Below the pieces are notes generated by a model, which searched no databases, had not been told where the DNA came from, and worked only from the letters and a program-made list of their open reading frames with translations. This document shows positions 54,248 to 62,948 of a DNA stretch of 64,000 nucleotides, piece after piece. The first letter of the stretch is position 1; every line of letters begins with the position of its first letter. Source of the stretch: a virus (taxonomy: Duplodnaviria; Caudoviricetes); the IMG/VR virus record IMGVR_UViG_3300029288_000129, positions 25,810 to 89,809 of that record; one strand, 5' to 3'. The position numbers and the translations under genes were made by a program.

Positions 54248-56767
54248 CTACGGATTCTCTATTTGCCGCCAATCAAAAGCCATGTATCCCAAGTTCATCC
54301 AGACAGCGGGGGTCAGTGGTGCCACCACGGACTCCGATACCGTTTCGCCCGGATTGGGAGCCACCGTGCCGAAGTCAGGCGGGACGCTGCCAGCGGTCCC
54401 GGCGGTAACACAGATGAAAGAATGTCTTTCCTTCAACGAAACGGCATTGAAGGGACGGCATATTTGCCCCACCAGCACCGGCTTATTTGCGTACTCGAAC
54501 CAGTCTTTGATGAATCCGCAACGATACAGGGATGTATCGACGGCGAAGACTTGCCGGAACATGTTGGTCAGTATGGTATCGGTCCTATAAGAATTTAGTT
54601 GAGTCGTAGCAAAGCCTCCTCTGGACCAAGTGGCATAGGAAAGGACATTGTTGGGCCATGTCACATAGGTCTCGGGCACCGGAGTAGGCAATGTGTAATT
54701 GATCGGGTCATACCCTATCACGCCGCCCCACAGCAGAAAAACTTGCGCCGCATAAACAAGCGGAATGCCGTTCTCGAATCGCGCCAACAGTGCAGGCACT
54801 TTGTTTTTCCGGCGTAGGTCCAGAACATATTGATCAAAAAGTACCTTGAGTGTCGCGTCTGTGCTGTGCCCGTACTGTTCCGTCTCGGTGTCGAACCACA
54901 TGTAGAGCCAAGTTCCGCCATATAGGGCCGTGCTGATCACATCCTCGTTGGTCTGCCGCGTCACCGCCATGGTGTAGTCGTCGTCGAACCGATGATGGAT
55001 ATGATCGTATGCCGCATATAGGTCACGGAAATTGTAGGTGTCGCCGCCCACCGGCAGCCCCTCTTTCAGTCCGTCCTCTTCGTAATCGACTGTGGCCGAG
55101 GCACTGGGGGTCGCGGCGGGGCCGAAGCAACGCCATGTCACGGTGTTGTCTCCCACATAGTCGAGTGTCGTGTAGGTCCACGCGGGGGCGAGGGCTCCCG
55201 TCGTCCCTTCGCCGGTACACTCAAATTCATACCATGCACCGGTTCCCGGGTCTTCAACATAAAGGATCGTGCCGATCCGAATGTCTGTTGCCGCAAGCCA
55301 TTCTTGCCGTGCCACGCCGGACCACCACGAGGTAACGCGCCGATGCGTCTGTATCTCTTCTGCCGCCACATCGTAGTGAAGCGGCAACCGCCCGAGCGGG
55401 AAGTTGCGTCGCCGATTGCATTCGTAGATTCCGGTCGGCGCGTCCCCGCACTCCAGCATCATCATGGTGCCCAACATGCTTCCCGCGACATCCCATGTCT
55501 CGCAAACATTAAAAGCCAAAACGCTTTTTATGTCGATGCCGTATCGTTCATAGTTGAAACTAAATCCTTCCGCACCGTATCGGCTATTCATTATGCCCTG
55601 TAGATACAGAAGTTTTTCGTTCAGCATATACGCATCATCGAACATGTTTTTCATATACCGTTCGATGATGTTGGGCGTATCGTATGTTTCCGCAATAGGT
55701 TCGTCACCGGCCACCGATCCGATGCAGAGCCAAGTCACGGTTCCATCCGTAACCGTTTCTCCGATGCCGGTGGGCCACAAAGCGGGCTCCGTAGCATCGG
55801 TGGTGCCGCCCACGATGCAACGATAGTAACAGCCCGTGGATGTGGTGGGATACACGAGGTCGCCGTATCGTTTATCGACCACGGCCATCCAGATCATCGC
55901 CGGGTTCTGTACCGTGGTTCCGATTCGAGTGCCGAGGCTCATCCTGTCTCGAAACACCGATAGGTCGCCGAACACGAACAGCCAGTCGTCGTCGGCATAC
56001 TCGTCGTTTACCTTCCCCGCAACATCCGGTCCCGTCTTAAATTGGATGCCGTTCAAGGAGTCGAGCGGTGCATAGAGAGCGTCGGTGCCGTACAGAAACG
56101 AAGAGGTTCTGTTTTCGGAGCCGCGAGAATAAAAGGAATCGCGCTCCACATCGGACATCAGCGTTGCAAATCCCAACTTGTCGTATATAGGCACGCGATA
56201 GTCTCTCATGCCTTCGGGTAGAATCACGCGGTTATGGTAGTACAAGAAGTCGGATTGCTGATACCAGTAAGAGTCGTCGTTGATGTCGATCTCGCAACAC
56301 AGGAACAGGTGGCGGTCCACGGCGCAATTCAATATGATGTTGCAGTGATAGAACACCTGTGGCTTCACATATTGTGCGCTGGGAGCAAGGGTATGCCATT
56401 CTCGATCCAAATGAACCGTCGCGTTGTCAAACAGGAGGCTACGCTCCGCAGGATCAAAACTGTTCGCGCCGATACTGGCCCGGACCCCGAAGAACCACTC
56501 GCCGTTCTGAATCATCAGCCGCGTGCTTCCCGGAACTATTTCGTCGATGGTACACCGCGTTCCGCGATTTGCCACTATCCTTATGGTCGGCGCGACCGCA
56601 ACGGACAAATCAATGTTTTGGGTCGAGAAGAGATCGGCCGACATCACGATCTCATCGTCACCCGAGATTCCGCAACTGACGATTCCCTTCTGTAGAGTGA
56701 GAAACGGAAGTTCTCGTGTCCCCAAATTTGTGTCTATACCAATGTCTTCGTCTATATAGTATCTCAT
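54248..56767 (-). CDS. Baseplate/tail-associated protein with three W-x-G-T-T-x-P-W modules
   Basis: 839 aa downstream of baseplate J; repeats such as YYRCIVGGTTDATEPALWPTGIGETVTDGTVTW. Confidence 0.65.
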   Translation of the reverse strand: MRYYIDEDIGIDTNLGTRELPFLTLQKGIVSCGISGDDEIVMSADLFSTQNIDLSVAVAPTIRIVANRGTRCTIDEIVPGSTRLMIQNGEWFFGVRASIGANSFDPAERSLLFDNATVHLDREWHTLAPSAQYVKPQVFYHCNIILNCAVDRHLFLCCEIDINDDSYWYQQSDFLYYHNRVILPEGMRDYRVPIYDKLGFATLMSDVERDSFYSRGSENRTSSFLYGTDALYAPLDSLNGIQFKTGPDVAGKVNDEYADDDWLFVFGDLSVFRDRMSLGTRIGTTVQNPAMIWMAVVDKRYGDLVYPTTSTGCYYRCIVGGTTDATEPALWPTGIGETVTDGTVTWLCIGSVAGDEPIAETYDTPNIIERYMKNMFDDAYMLNEKLLYLQGIMNSRYGAEGFSFNYERYGIDIKSVLAFNVCETWDVAGSMLGTMMMLECGDAPTGIYECNRRRNFPLGRLPLHYDVAAEEIQTHRRVTSWWSGVARQEWLAATDIRIGTILYVEDPGTGAWYEFECTGEGTTGALAPAWTYTTLDYVGDNTVTWRCFGPAATPSASATVDYEEDGLKEGLPVGGDTYNFRDLYAAYDHIHHRFDDDYTMAVTRQTNEDVISTALYGGTWLYMWFDTETEQYGHSTDATLKVLFDQYVLDLRRKNKVPALLARFENGIPLVYAAQVFLLWGGVIGYDPINYTLPTPVPETYVTWPNNVLSYATWSRGGFATTQLNSYRTDTILTNMFRQVFAVDTSLYRCGFIKDWFEYANKPVLVGQICRPFNAVSLKERHSFICVTAGTAGSVPPDFGTVAPNPGETVSESVVAPLTPAVWMNLGYMAFDWRQIENP

Positions 56768-57501
56768 CCCGTCGTTATCCGCTGACTATAGTGGAGTTCC
56801 CGTGAACCGGATATGCATTGCCATGTCGCGCCGCCGTCCGCTACCGTATCCCCCGGAACCGTGGGCCATGTGGGTTCCCCCGCGCCGGTTACTCCCGCGA
56901 CAATGCATCGGTAATAGTGGCCGTTGGCTATGGACGGACGCACAAGATATCCGATATGCTTCTGATATCCGGTTTGCCACACTATCGGGTCGTCGTGGAT
57001 ATAGACGCTTCGCGCCGGTAAGATGCGAACCGCAGAGACTTCGTTTGCGGTGCGGTAAAAGTCACGATCCGCCACTATGCCGCCAATCACGGGTTCGCCG
57101 GTGTCGTAAATATATGCGGCGATAGGATGGTCATGGTACAGCGTCATGTCCGAGCCCTTGTTGGATCGTTGCTGCCGGTAATCGAGGTCAAGCACCGATG
57201 TGGCTTCAGACACAACGGCTATCTGCGCTATCGCGGTGCGCCAGTAGCAGAACCGCGAGACATGAAGCAGCCCATCGGGGCCATTTATCATCGCCTCATA
57301 GTATCCCTCGGTTTTTATCAGCACGCCCAAGGAGCCGTCTATCATCTCTCCGTTCAGCATGAAATTTGCGCCGGTATCCGCAACGAGCAAGAATCGGCTA
57401 CGATAGTTTTTGAAATCTTCGACATTGAGCGTACCGGTTCCCATCAGCCCGACCCCTGTGCCGCGAAACGCTGCGGTTCTAAAAATGATGCCTCGAAACA
57501 T
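56764..57501 (-). CDS. Baseplate-associated protein with one copy of the same module
   Basis: Start likely ATG 57501 (TAATG overlap); YYRCIVAGVTGAGEPTWPTVPGDTVADGGATW. Confidence 0.65.
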   Translation of the reverse strand: MFRGIIFRTAAFRGTGVGLMGTGTLNVEDFKNYRSRFLLVADTGANFMLNGEMIDGSLGVLIKTEGYYEAMINGPDGLLHVSRFCYWRTAIAQIAVVSEATSVLDLDYRQQRSNKGSDMTLYHDHPIAAYIYDTGEPVIGGIVADRDFYRTANEVSAVRILPARSVYIHDDPIVWQTGYQKHIGYLVRPSIANGHYYRCIVAGVTGAGEPTWPTVPGDTVADGGATWQCISGSRELHYSQRITTG

Positions 57502-59018
57502 TATACCACCATCACGGAGGGAGTCGCGCAGACCCAAGTTTCGCCTTCGTCCAGAAAGATGGTTCCCGGTTCATCAAGGGTCGTGGTAACGCCGTCGCTG
57601 TCAGTCGTCGTTATCGTCATGGCATCTACGCTGTCAACCAAAACATCAATATCGTAGTAGATGCCGTACACCGCATTGATGACATCCGTGTAGTCCAGTT
57701 TTTCTTCTATCGGAATGTTGTTGATGAAGTTGATGATCGCAGCACGAATCATGTCGATTGCAATGTTGGGGTCTATGATGCTCTTGAGCCGCGCCGTCAT
57801 CGTTATTGTCACCGCACGGTCCGTGGTCTGATACACATTGATGTCACGGGTATATTCGTGGAACTTGGTGTAGTAGTAAGCCAGTTGTCGATACGCATCG
57901 ACACAGGATGTTACCACCAGAAGTTTGACATCTACGGTGTCGCCTATCGTCAAGGTAGCATTTGCTATCGCAACAGCAAAGTCGGCATAGGTGACTTGAC
58001 GCACCGAACCCACATAGTCGTCCACCACAGTCTGTATCTCGTATTCGGATGGGTCTATTTTGGTCGAGACAGCACCGACGACTTTGTTTACCAGCATGAT
58101 CGATGAGGGTTGATACGGGACCAAGATGCGGCCATCGTCGCCCACCGTTTGCCGCGAGGTCCACACCTCTCGAACCCCGCTCTTGATATAGATGTCGCTG
58201 CTGGCCTTGAACCTGCGATCCGCAGCGGTGCCTTTGACCAAATACTTGTCTATTCCGCTGACCTGCGACAGTACCGACGCTATGTTGGCCCGCGTTCCGA
58301 GTCCCGACACCGCTAGGGTTGCGTCAGCGAGGCGGTCCAGAAACTTTTCGTTGCTTTCATAGTCGGAGCCGCCGCTGATCTCTTCCTGCACAAAAGATAT
58401 GTTGCTGGCGGTTACTGCCGTTGATATCACGCTGTCGATCTTCAGGGTGTTTTGCGGCACATTGTATCGCGCCCCGTATCCGAGCGCGTAGATGATGCCG
58501 GTGACCTTTCTCGTCGATGGCGGCGGGTCCATGGGCCCGTCAAGGGTCACATCCATCCGGTAGATAAGCGACCCGTTCCGAAATATCACCGAAGCCGTTT
58601 CTGTAGAGCCGACCGCTGATGGATACCAGAGCCCGCAAGAACCGGTAGCGATCTGTCCGCCGTTCCTGCGGAATCCACGGTTTTCCCCAAACCTGTCGAT
58701 GTAGTACCACACAAAGGCATCAAAGTCGTTGTTGACAATAGCGGGGATGCCGACCCAAGTGCGGGTTCTCTGCGTCAACGATAGCCCGAGAACCGACGAC
58801 ATTTGTGCGCGGAAATCGGTGTCGTAGATCAGCCGCCGAAACCCCTCGGTGGTTGACATGGAGCGAGTCAGGTTTTCGACCACGCCACGCCGGTAATGTA
58901 TTTCCGCCACACCATCCAGCACATCGACTAGAGGCTCGCCAGTCTTCCAGATAAATTCCGACATGTTTTTTTGAAGATTTTCGATTATCTTCGCCTTGAT
59001 CGCCGATATGCTCAACAT
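57501..59018 (-). CDS. Baseplate J-like wedge protein
   Basis: GARYNVPQNTL...GGSDYESNEKFLDRL...GTRANIASVLSQVSGI; follows the gp25-like gene. Confidence 0.85.
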   Translation of the reverse strand: MLSISAIKAKIIENLQKNMSEFIWKTGEPLVDVLDGVAEIHYRRGVVENLTRSMSTTEGFRRLIYDTDFRAQMSSVLGLSLTQRTRTWVGIPAIVNNDFDAFVWYYIDRFGENRGFRRNGGQIATGSCGLWYPSAVGSTETASVIFRNGSLIYRMDVTLDGPMDPPPSTRKVTGIIYALGYGARYNVPQNTLKIDSVISTAVTASNISFVQEEISGGSDYESNEKFLDRLADATLAVSGLGTRANIASVLSQVSGIDKYLVKGTAADRRFKASSDIYIKSGVREVWTSRQTVGDDGRILVPYQPSSIMLVNKVVGAVSTKIDPSEYEIQTVVDDYVGSVRQVTYADFAVAIANATLTIGDTVDVKLLVVTSCVDAYRQLAYYYTKFHEYTRDINVYQTTDRAVTITMTARLKSIIDPNIAIDMIRAAIINFINNIPIEEKLDYTDVINAVYGIYYDIDVLVDSVDAMTITTTDSDGVTTTLDEPGTIFLDEGETWVCATPSVMVV

Positions 59019-59029
59019 GCGGAGACCCC

Positions 59030-59419
59030 CTATTTGTTTTCTATCGCGGTGGGCACCTGCGATTCTGCCCCATAAACTATGGCATCGACTCGCCCCGTCT
59101 CAATAGCGGTTATGCGGACTCCACGGATCGCCGCATTGCCAATGCCGCTATCGTTTTTGCGGAACCAGTTGTTGACGCGCTCAAAGACACGAGACAGCAA
59201 CGCGATGGAAACCGATTTTTGGGCACCGATCACGGAGCCGATATTTCCTCCATAATCGGGGTCAAAAAAATTCGGTTTCGAGCGAACGATCTTCTGAAAT
59301 CGCTGTTGCAATATCTCTTTCTTCTGAGAAGGGTTCGCGCTGTCAAGAACCTCTGGTTTGCCGTTGCTCATCACCAGATCGTAGCGGCCATCAACATATT
59401 GTAGGCGCAAGGTTTTCAT
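59030..59419 (-). CDS. Baseplate wedge gp25/GpW-like protein
   Basis: 129 aa; DLVMSNGK...LQQRF...NFFDPDYGGNIGSVIG. Confidence 0.7.
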   Translation of the reverse strand: MKTLRLQYVDGRYDLVMSNGKPEVLDSANPSQKKEILQQRFQKIVRSKPNFFDPDYGGNIGSVIGAQKSVSIALLSRVFERVNNWFRKNDSGIGNAAIRGVRITAIETGRVDAIVYGAESQVPTAIENK

Positions 59420-59430
59420 CCGAGACCTCT

Positions 59431-59466
59431 AACAAAAGGGGCGGGGGCATCTATATCCCCCGCCCC
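59431..59466 (-). terminator. Rho-independent terminator after the capsid gene
   Basis: Minus strand GGGGCGGGGG-ATATAGATG-CCCCCGCCCC-TTTTGTT. Confidence 0.9.
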
Positions 59467-59494
59467 AGAGCGTTTTCGCTACACCACGCCGGGA

Positions 59495-60394
59495 TTACGC
59501 CGCAGCGTTGAACTGTACCTCGACAACGCCGTGAGCGTTGTGGATCGCGATACCGTACAGGTGATAGCCGATGAAGCCGAAACGAGCCCGCTCAAGAGCC
59601 GGGATTTCGTCCACCAGTTGGTCGGCACGGACGAAATACTGACCCAGCAGTTGCGGGTCGGTCGCCACGAAGGCGGTGCCGGGTTCGGTCAGGACGGTGT
59701 TGATCATGCGGGTAGCGCCGTAGATGTTCCCGACAAAGCCGGTCTCGCGGATCTCCTGCATGCCCTTCTCGTCGATGTTGAGACGGCTGGTGGCCTGAAC
59801 GCCGCGCTCACCCGAGGGGTTGTAAACGATGGTGCTGGCCGGGAGGGTGTAGTTCTTCAGCAGCGTTTGCGCTCTGCTGATGGTCGAGAGGTCGAGTTTG
59901 CCAGCGGTGACGACCGGCGGATGTCCGAGGCCGCTGTTCGCGGCGACCGACATGAGGCTGTAGAGTTGCAGATCCTCGCGGATCGCCAGACCTTCCGACA
60001 GCCGCTCCTGCGCACGAGCCCACACATCGTAGGTCATCGTGTATTTGTACTGCCGCTGCACGAAGACTTTGCTCTGGAACGATTTCTCGTTCAGGAACAC
60101 CTTCGTGGGGCTCGCGTCGATACCGTACACGCCCGCGCCGGGAGCCGCCACGATGGCGGGGGTGCGGATGAGGTCGGTCTCGTAGAACATCGGCTGGCCC
60201 TGCGGGATGTCGCCACGGAACACGAACAGGGGCCGCGCCGTCGCCTTCAGGTCCATCGCGATCTTCACGGGGTTCGACAGGCTGGCCGCGACCGCTTTGA
60301 AGCCGTGCTTCTTCATCAGCGTGTCGATCTCGGCCTGAATCTGGATGCGTTTGGGGTCATTCGCGTTGCGAACGATTTTCGTGATTTTACTCAT
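59495..60394 (-). CDS. Major capsid protein (HK97 fold, Bxz1-like type)
   Basis: VAASLSNPVKIAMDL...DIPQGQPMFYE...AQERLSEGLAIREDLQLYSLM...GFIGYHLYGIAIHNAHGVVEV; follows protease, scaffold and decoration genes; strong codon bias. Confidence 0.85.
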   Translation of the reverse strand: MSKITKIVRNANDPKRIQIQAEIDTLMKKHGFKAVAASLSNPVKIAMDLKATARPLFVFRGDIPQGQPMFYETDLIRTPAIVAAPGAGVYGIDASPTKVFLNEKSFQSKVFVQRQYKYTMTYDVWARAQERLSEGLAIREDLQLYSLMSVAANSGLGHPPVVTAGKLDLSTISRAQTLLKNYTLPASTIVYNPSGERGVQATSRLNIDEKGMQEIRETGFVGNIYGATRMINTVLTEPGTAFVATDPQLLGQYFVRADQLVDEIPALERARFGFIGYHLYGIAIHNAHGVVEVQFNAAA

Positions 60395-60413
60395 AGCGTT
60401 TTCCTCCTTTCAC

Positions 60414-60992
60414 TTACAGAGTTTGTCTGGTGGTGAAGAACCGGACCCGGAGGCCCGTCGCCAGAGCGGGATCACCGAAAATCTCTTCGACCACGCCGTA
60501 CTCGATCTCGGCACCGATGGCGGTGTCGTCCCATTTCTCGGCGGCGGTCAGGAAGACATTCGCCCCGACAGCCCACGCACCCGAGGAGGGGGTCTGAAGG
60601 AACGGATAGGTCTCGGCCGCAACGCCGTCCACGGAGTCGGCATACATCTCGCACAGGAATTCTCCGGCGAGGCAGTACGCCTGTTTCTGCTGTTCAGCGG
60701 TGGCACCGGCCATGCTCGACACATCGATGCCGTTGATGCGTTCGGTCGCAATCGCGACATCCTTGTAGGAATTGGCGGCGATATACACGACATCGCACGC
60801 GCCGGTTCCGCCATTGACGGTCGCCAGTTTCAGGCCGTTCGCATCCACGGCAATGGGGTTGCCCGCCTGCCATTTCGATGCGATCAGCGCCGCGCTGACG
60901 GGAAGATACGCGACTTCTTGAACCGCCGTCGCGTTGTTGACCTTCAGCCCTTTCTTCAGACTGGAGATCTGATCAATCACAGGAATCGTCAT
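60414..60992 (-). CDS. Probable capsid decoration/cement protein
   Basis: 192 aa between scaffold and capsid; WQAGNPIAVD...WAVGANVFLTAAEKW...LRVRF. Confidence 0.6.
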   Translation of the reverse strand: MTIPVIDQISSLKKGLKVNNATAVQEVAYLPVSAALIASKWQAGNPIAVDANGLKLATVNGGTGACDVVYIAANSYKDVAIATERINGIDVSSMAGATAEQQKQAYCLAGEFLCEMYADSVDGVAAETYPFLQTPSSGAWAVGANVFLTAAEKWDDTAIGAEIEYGVVEEIFGDPALATGLRVRFFTTRQTL

Positions 60993-61018
60993 GTCTCTCT
61001 CCTTCTCTACGGTTGATA

Positions 61019-62011
61019 TTAAACCCTATCAATAACCACTTTTTCACCATTGATCACTTCCATCGCGAGGTCACCGATGCGTTCCACCGCGCTTTTCGGT
61101 TTCTCTTCGTCGCGGCCATTATAGCCCGCGATGCTCTGGATGCCCTGCGACACGAAGTTCGGCGTATTCGCCATCTTCCACGCCTTGATGTTCCGGCGTT
61201 CCGGCGCACTCATCGAGACGAGGCTGTCGAACTCGTTGAAGATCATGTCGGCCGGAATCTTTCGCGCCGTCACGAATTCCTGCACCGCCGTGATACTGTC
61301 GATGACCGAATCCTTGAAGTCGAGGTTCTTTTTCCAGAACGCATATTGGCGAGTCGCGGCTTGCGCATCACGCATCGCATTCGCTATGATGTTCCGGTGA
61401 TCCCCGATTCGGCCCGCCACCACTTCCGCGATAGCGTCTTCGGTCTTTTCCACCGCCATTTCGAGCAGTATCTTTATCTCGTCCAGATCGGTTTTGTCTT
61501 CCGGCGTAAGATCGACCTCTTCTTCCATCGCCTTGAGGACAAGTTTGGCCTTCGCCACCGCATCCATCTGGCGTTTCGCCTCTACGGTCGAGAGACGGTT
61601 CACCATGGTGCCGCGAGCATTGAACAACTTCTGCATCGCCGCGACCGGAAGGCCCGCTGCCTTCATCATGTCGTTGAACCGCTTGATCACGGCCTCGTTG
61701 ATCTCGGTTTCCTTCGACAGGTCGTTCATCTGCTCCGTCATCTTGACCAGTGCAACCGCGCTCGAATCGGTAATGGCGACGGGCGGAGCGGCTTCTGCCG
61801 GAGCAGTCGGCGCATCGGCGGCGGGGGAGGCGGGCTGATCGCCCTTGGCCGTATCGAGTTGCTGCTCAATCTCGCCGTCTTCGGCGGGCTTGCCCGTTGT
61901 TTCCGGATCAGGCGCACCGCCGATCTCCTGAACGCCTCTGGAATCGGTCTCTGCGGCTTTCGCCTTCATTCTGTTGGCCCGAGCCTTTGCGATGAGTTCT
62001 TTGCGGTTCAT
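61019..62011 (-). CDS. Probable scaffold protein
   Basis: Acidic, Pro/Ala-rich N-terminus then helical; between protease and decoration genes. Confidence 0.6.
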   Translation of the reverse strand: MNRKELIAKARANRMKAKAAETDSRGVQEIGGAPDPETTGKPAEDGEIEQQLDTAKGDQPASPAADAPTAPAEAAPPVAITDSSAVALVKMTEQMNDLSKETEINEAVIKRFNDMMKAAGLPVAAMQKLFNARGTMVNRLSTVEAKRQMDAVAKAKLVLKAMEEEVDLTPEDKTDLDEIKILLEMAVEKTEDAIAEVVAGRIGDHRNIIANAMRDAQAATRQYAFWKKNLDFKDSVIDSITAVQEFVTARKIPADMIFNEFDSLVSMSAPERRNIKAWKMANTPNFVSQGIQSIAGYNGRDEEKPKSAVERIGDLAMEVINGEKVVIDRV

Positions 62012-62024
62012 GGTATCAGCCTCC

Positions 62025-62843
62025 TTATCGTTTTTCCAAACTTGCCCGTATCTTTCGAGTCAGCGATGACGCGCCATACTTTCGTTCGATCTCTCGTACC
62101 GCGTACCAGATTTTGTCACGATGCGGCTCCGTGTAGCGTTGACGAGACGCGGCGATCTCGAATATCTTCGCGTTGAGGTCCGCCCCTTCTCCGCCGTCAA
62201 TGATCGTATTCTCAACAAAGTTCACGCCGAAATACAGTTCGCCGACAATCACATTATGCGTCGAGCCGGTGATCGGGCTGAACGATGCCACCACTTGGCC
62301 CTTCATTGCCTTACGACCCATCTTGTCGAGTTTCAGGTGGTCGCAGTATTCCACCGCATCATGGGCGATGTTGCCACACGCGGTACAAACCGAATAGTCG
62401 GCCCAGCATCCCATTGATGTGTCGGTAACGGCTCCCGACTTTATATCGGCTTCGAGGCCGGGGCGTTTCCGCTCCGCACGGGCGCGGTCAATACCCATAA
62501 TGACCTCTACATACCCATCGGGAGTATAGATCGGGCTCTGGTTCTCACCGATACTGTCCTCTTCCTGCTCCGCCTTATGGTTGATACAGACCCAACACGG
62601 ATCGTCGTCGGTGTGATGGAAGGTCTGATATGCTTTGCGTAACTCTTCGTCGGTGAATCCGTCCGCGTTGCTGTTGAGCCCCCACCGCTCCAGAGCGGAA
62701 ACGGCCCAGACCCGCAGGTAGAAATAGTCGTCACGGAGCGCGATGGTGTTCTGTGCGGCACGAGCCACGAGACCCTTCGGTTTCGTTTCGTACCTTATCG
62801 ACCCGTTGTGGCGAGCCGTGATGAAAAATCCATCTTTTCTCAC
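62025..62843 (-). CDS. Prohead maturation protease with C-terminal Zn finger
   Basis: NSNADGFTDEELRKAYQTF, INH, VEVIMGID, TSMGC, SVCTACGN...YCDHL. Confidence 0.85.
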   Translation of the reverse strand: MRKDGFFITARHNGSIRYETKPKGLVARAAQNTIALRDDYFYLRVWAVSALERWGLNSNADGFTDEELRKAYQTFHHTDDDPCWVCINHKAEQEEDSIGENQSPIYTPDGYVEVIMGIDRARAERKRPGLEADIKSGAVTDTSMGCWADYSVCTACGNIAHDAVEYCDHLKLDKMGRKAMKGQVVASFSPITGSTHNVIVGELYFGVNFVENTIIDGGEGADLNAKIFEIAASRQRYTEPHRDKIWYAVREIERKYGASSLTRKIRASLEKR

Positions 62844-62880
62844 CGGACAATCCTATCCCAAGAAACCATTACTAAAACCC

Positions 62881-62947
62881 ATTTTACGAAACACCGTATT
62901 TATGTCAACTTTTACAATGAAATCGGGGGTTTGCGAAATTTTTGCTA
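62881..62947 (-). promoter_or_regulatory. Late-type promoter (head operon) with upstream 17-bp palindrome
   Basis: TTGACA (62908-03), 16 nt, TAAAAT (62886-81). TTGCGAAATTTTTGCTA at 62931-62947. Confidence 0.8.
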
Positions 62948-62948
62948 T

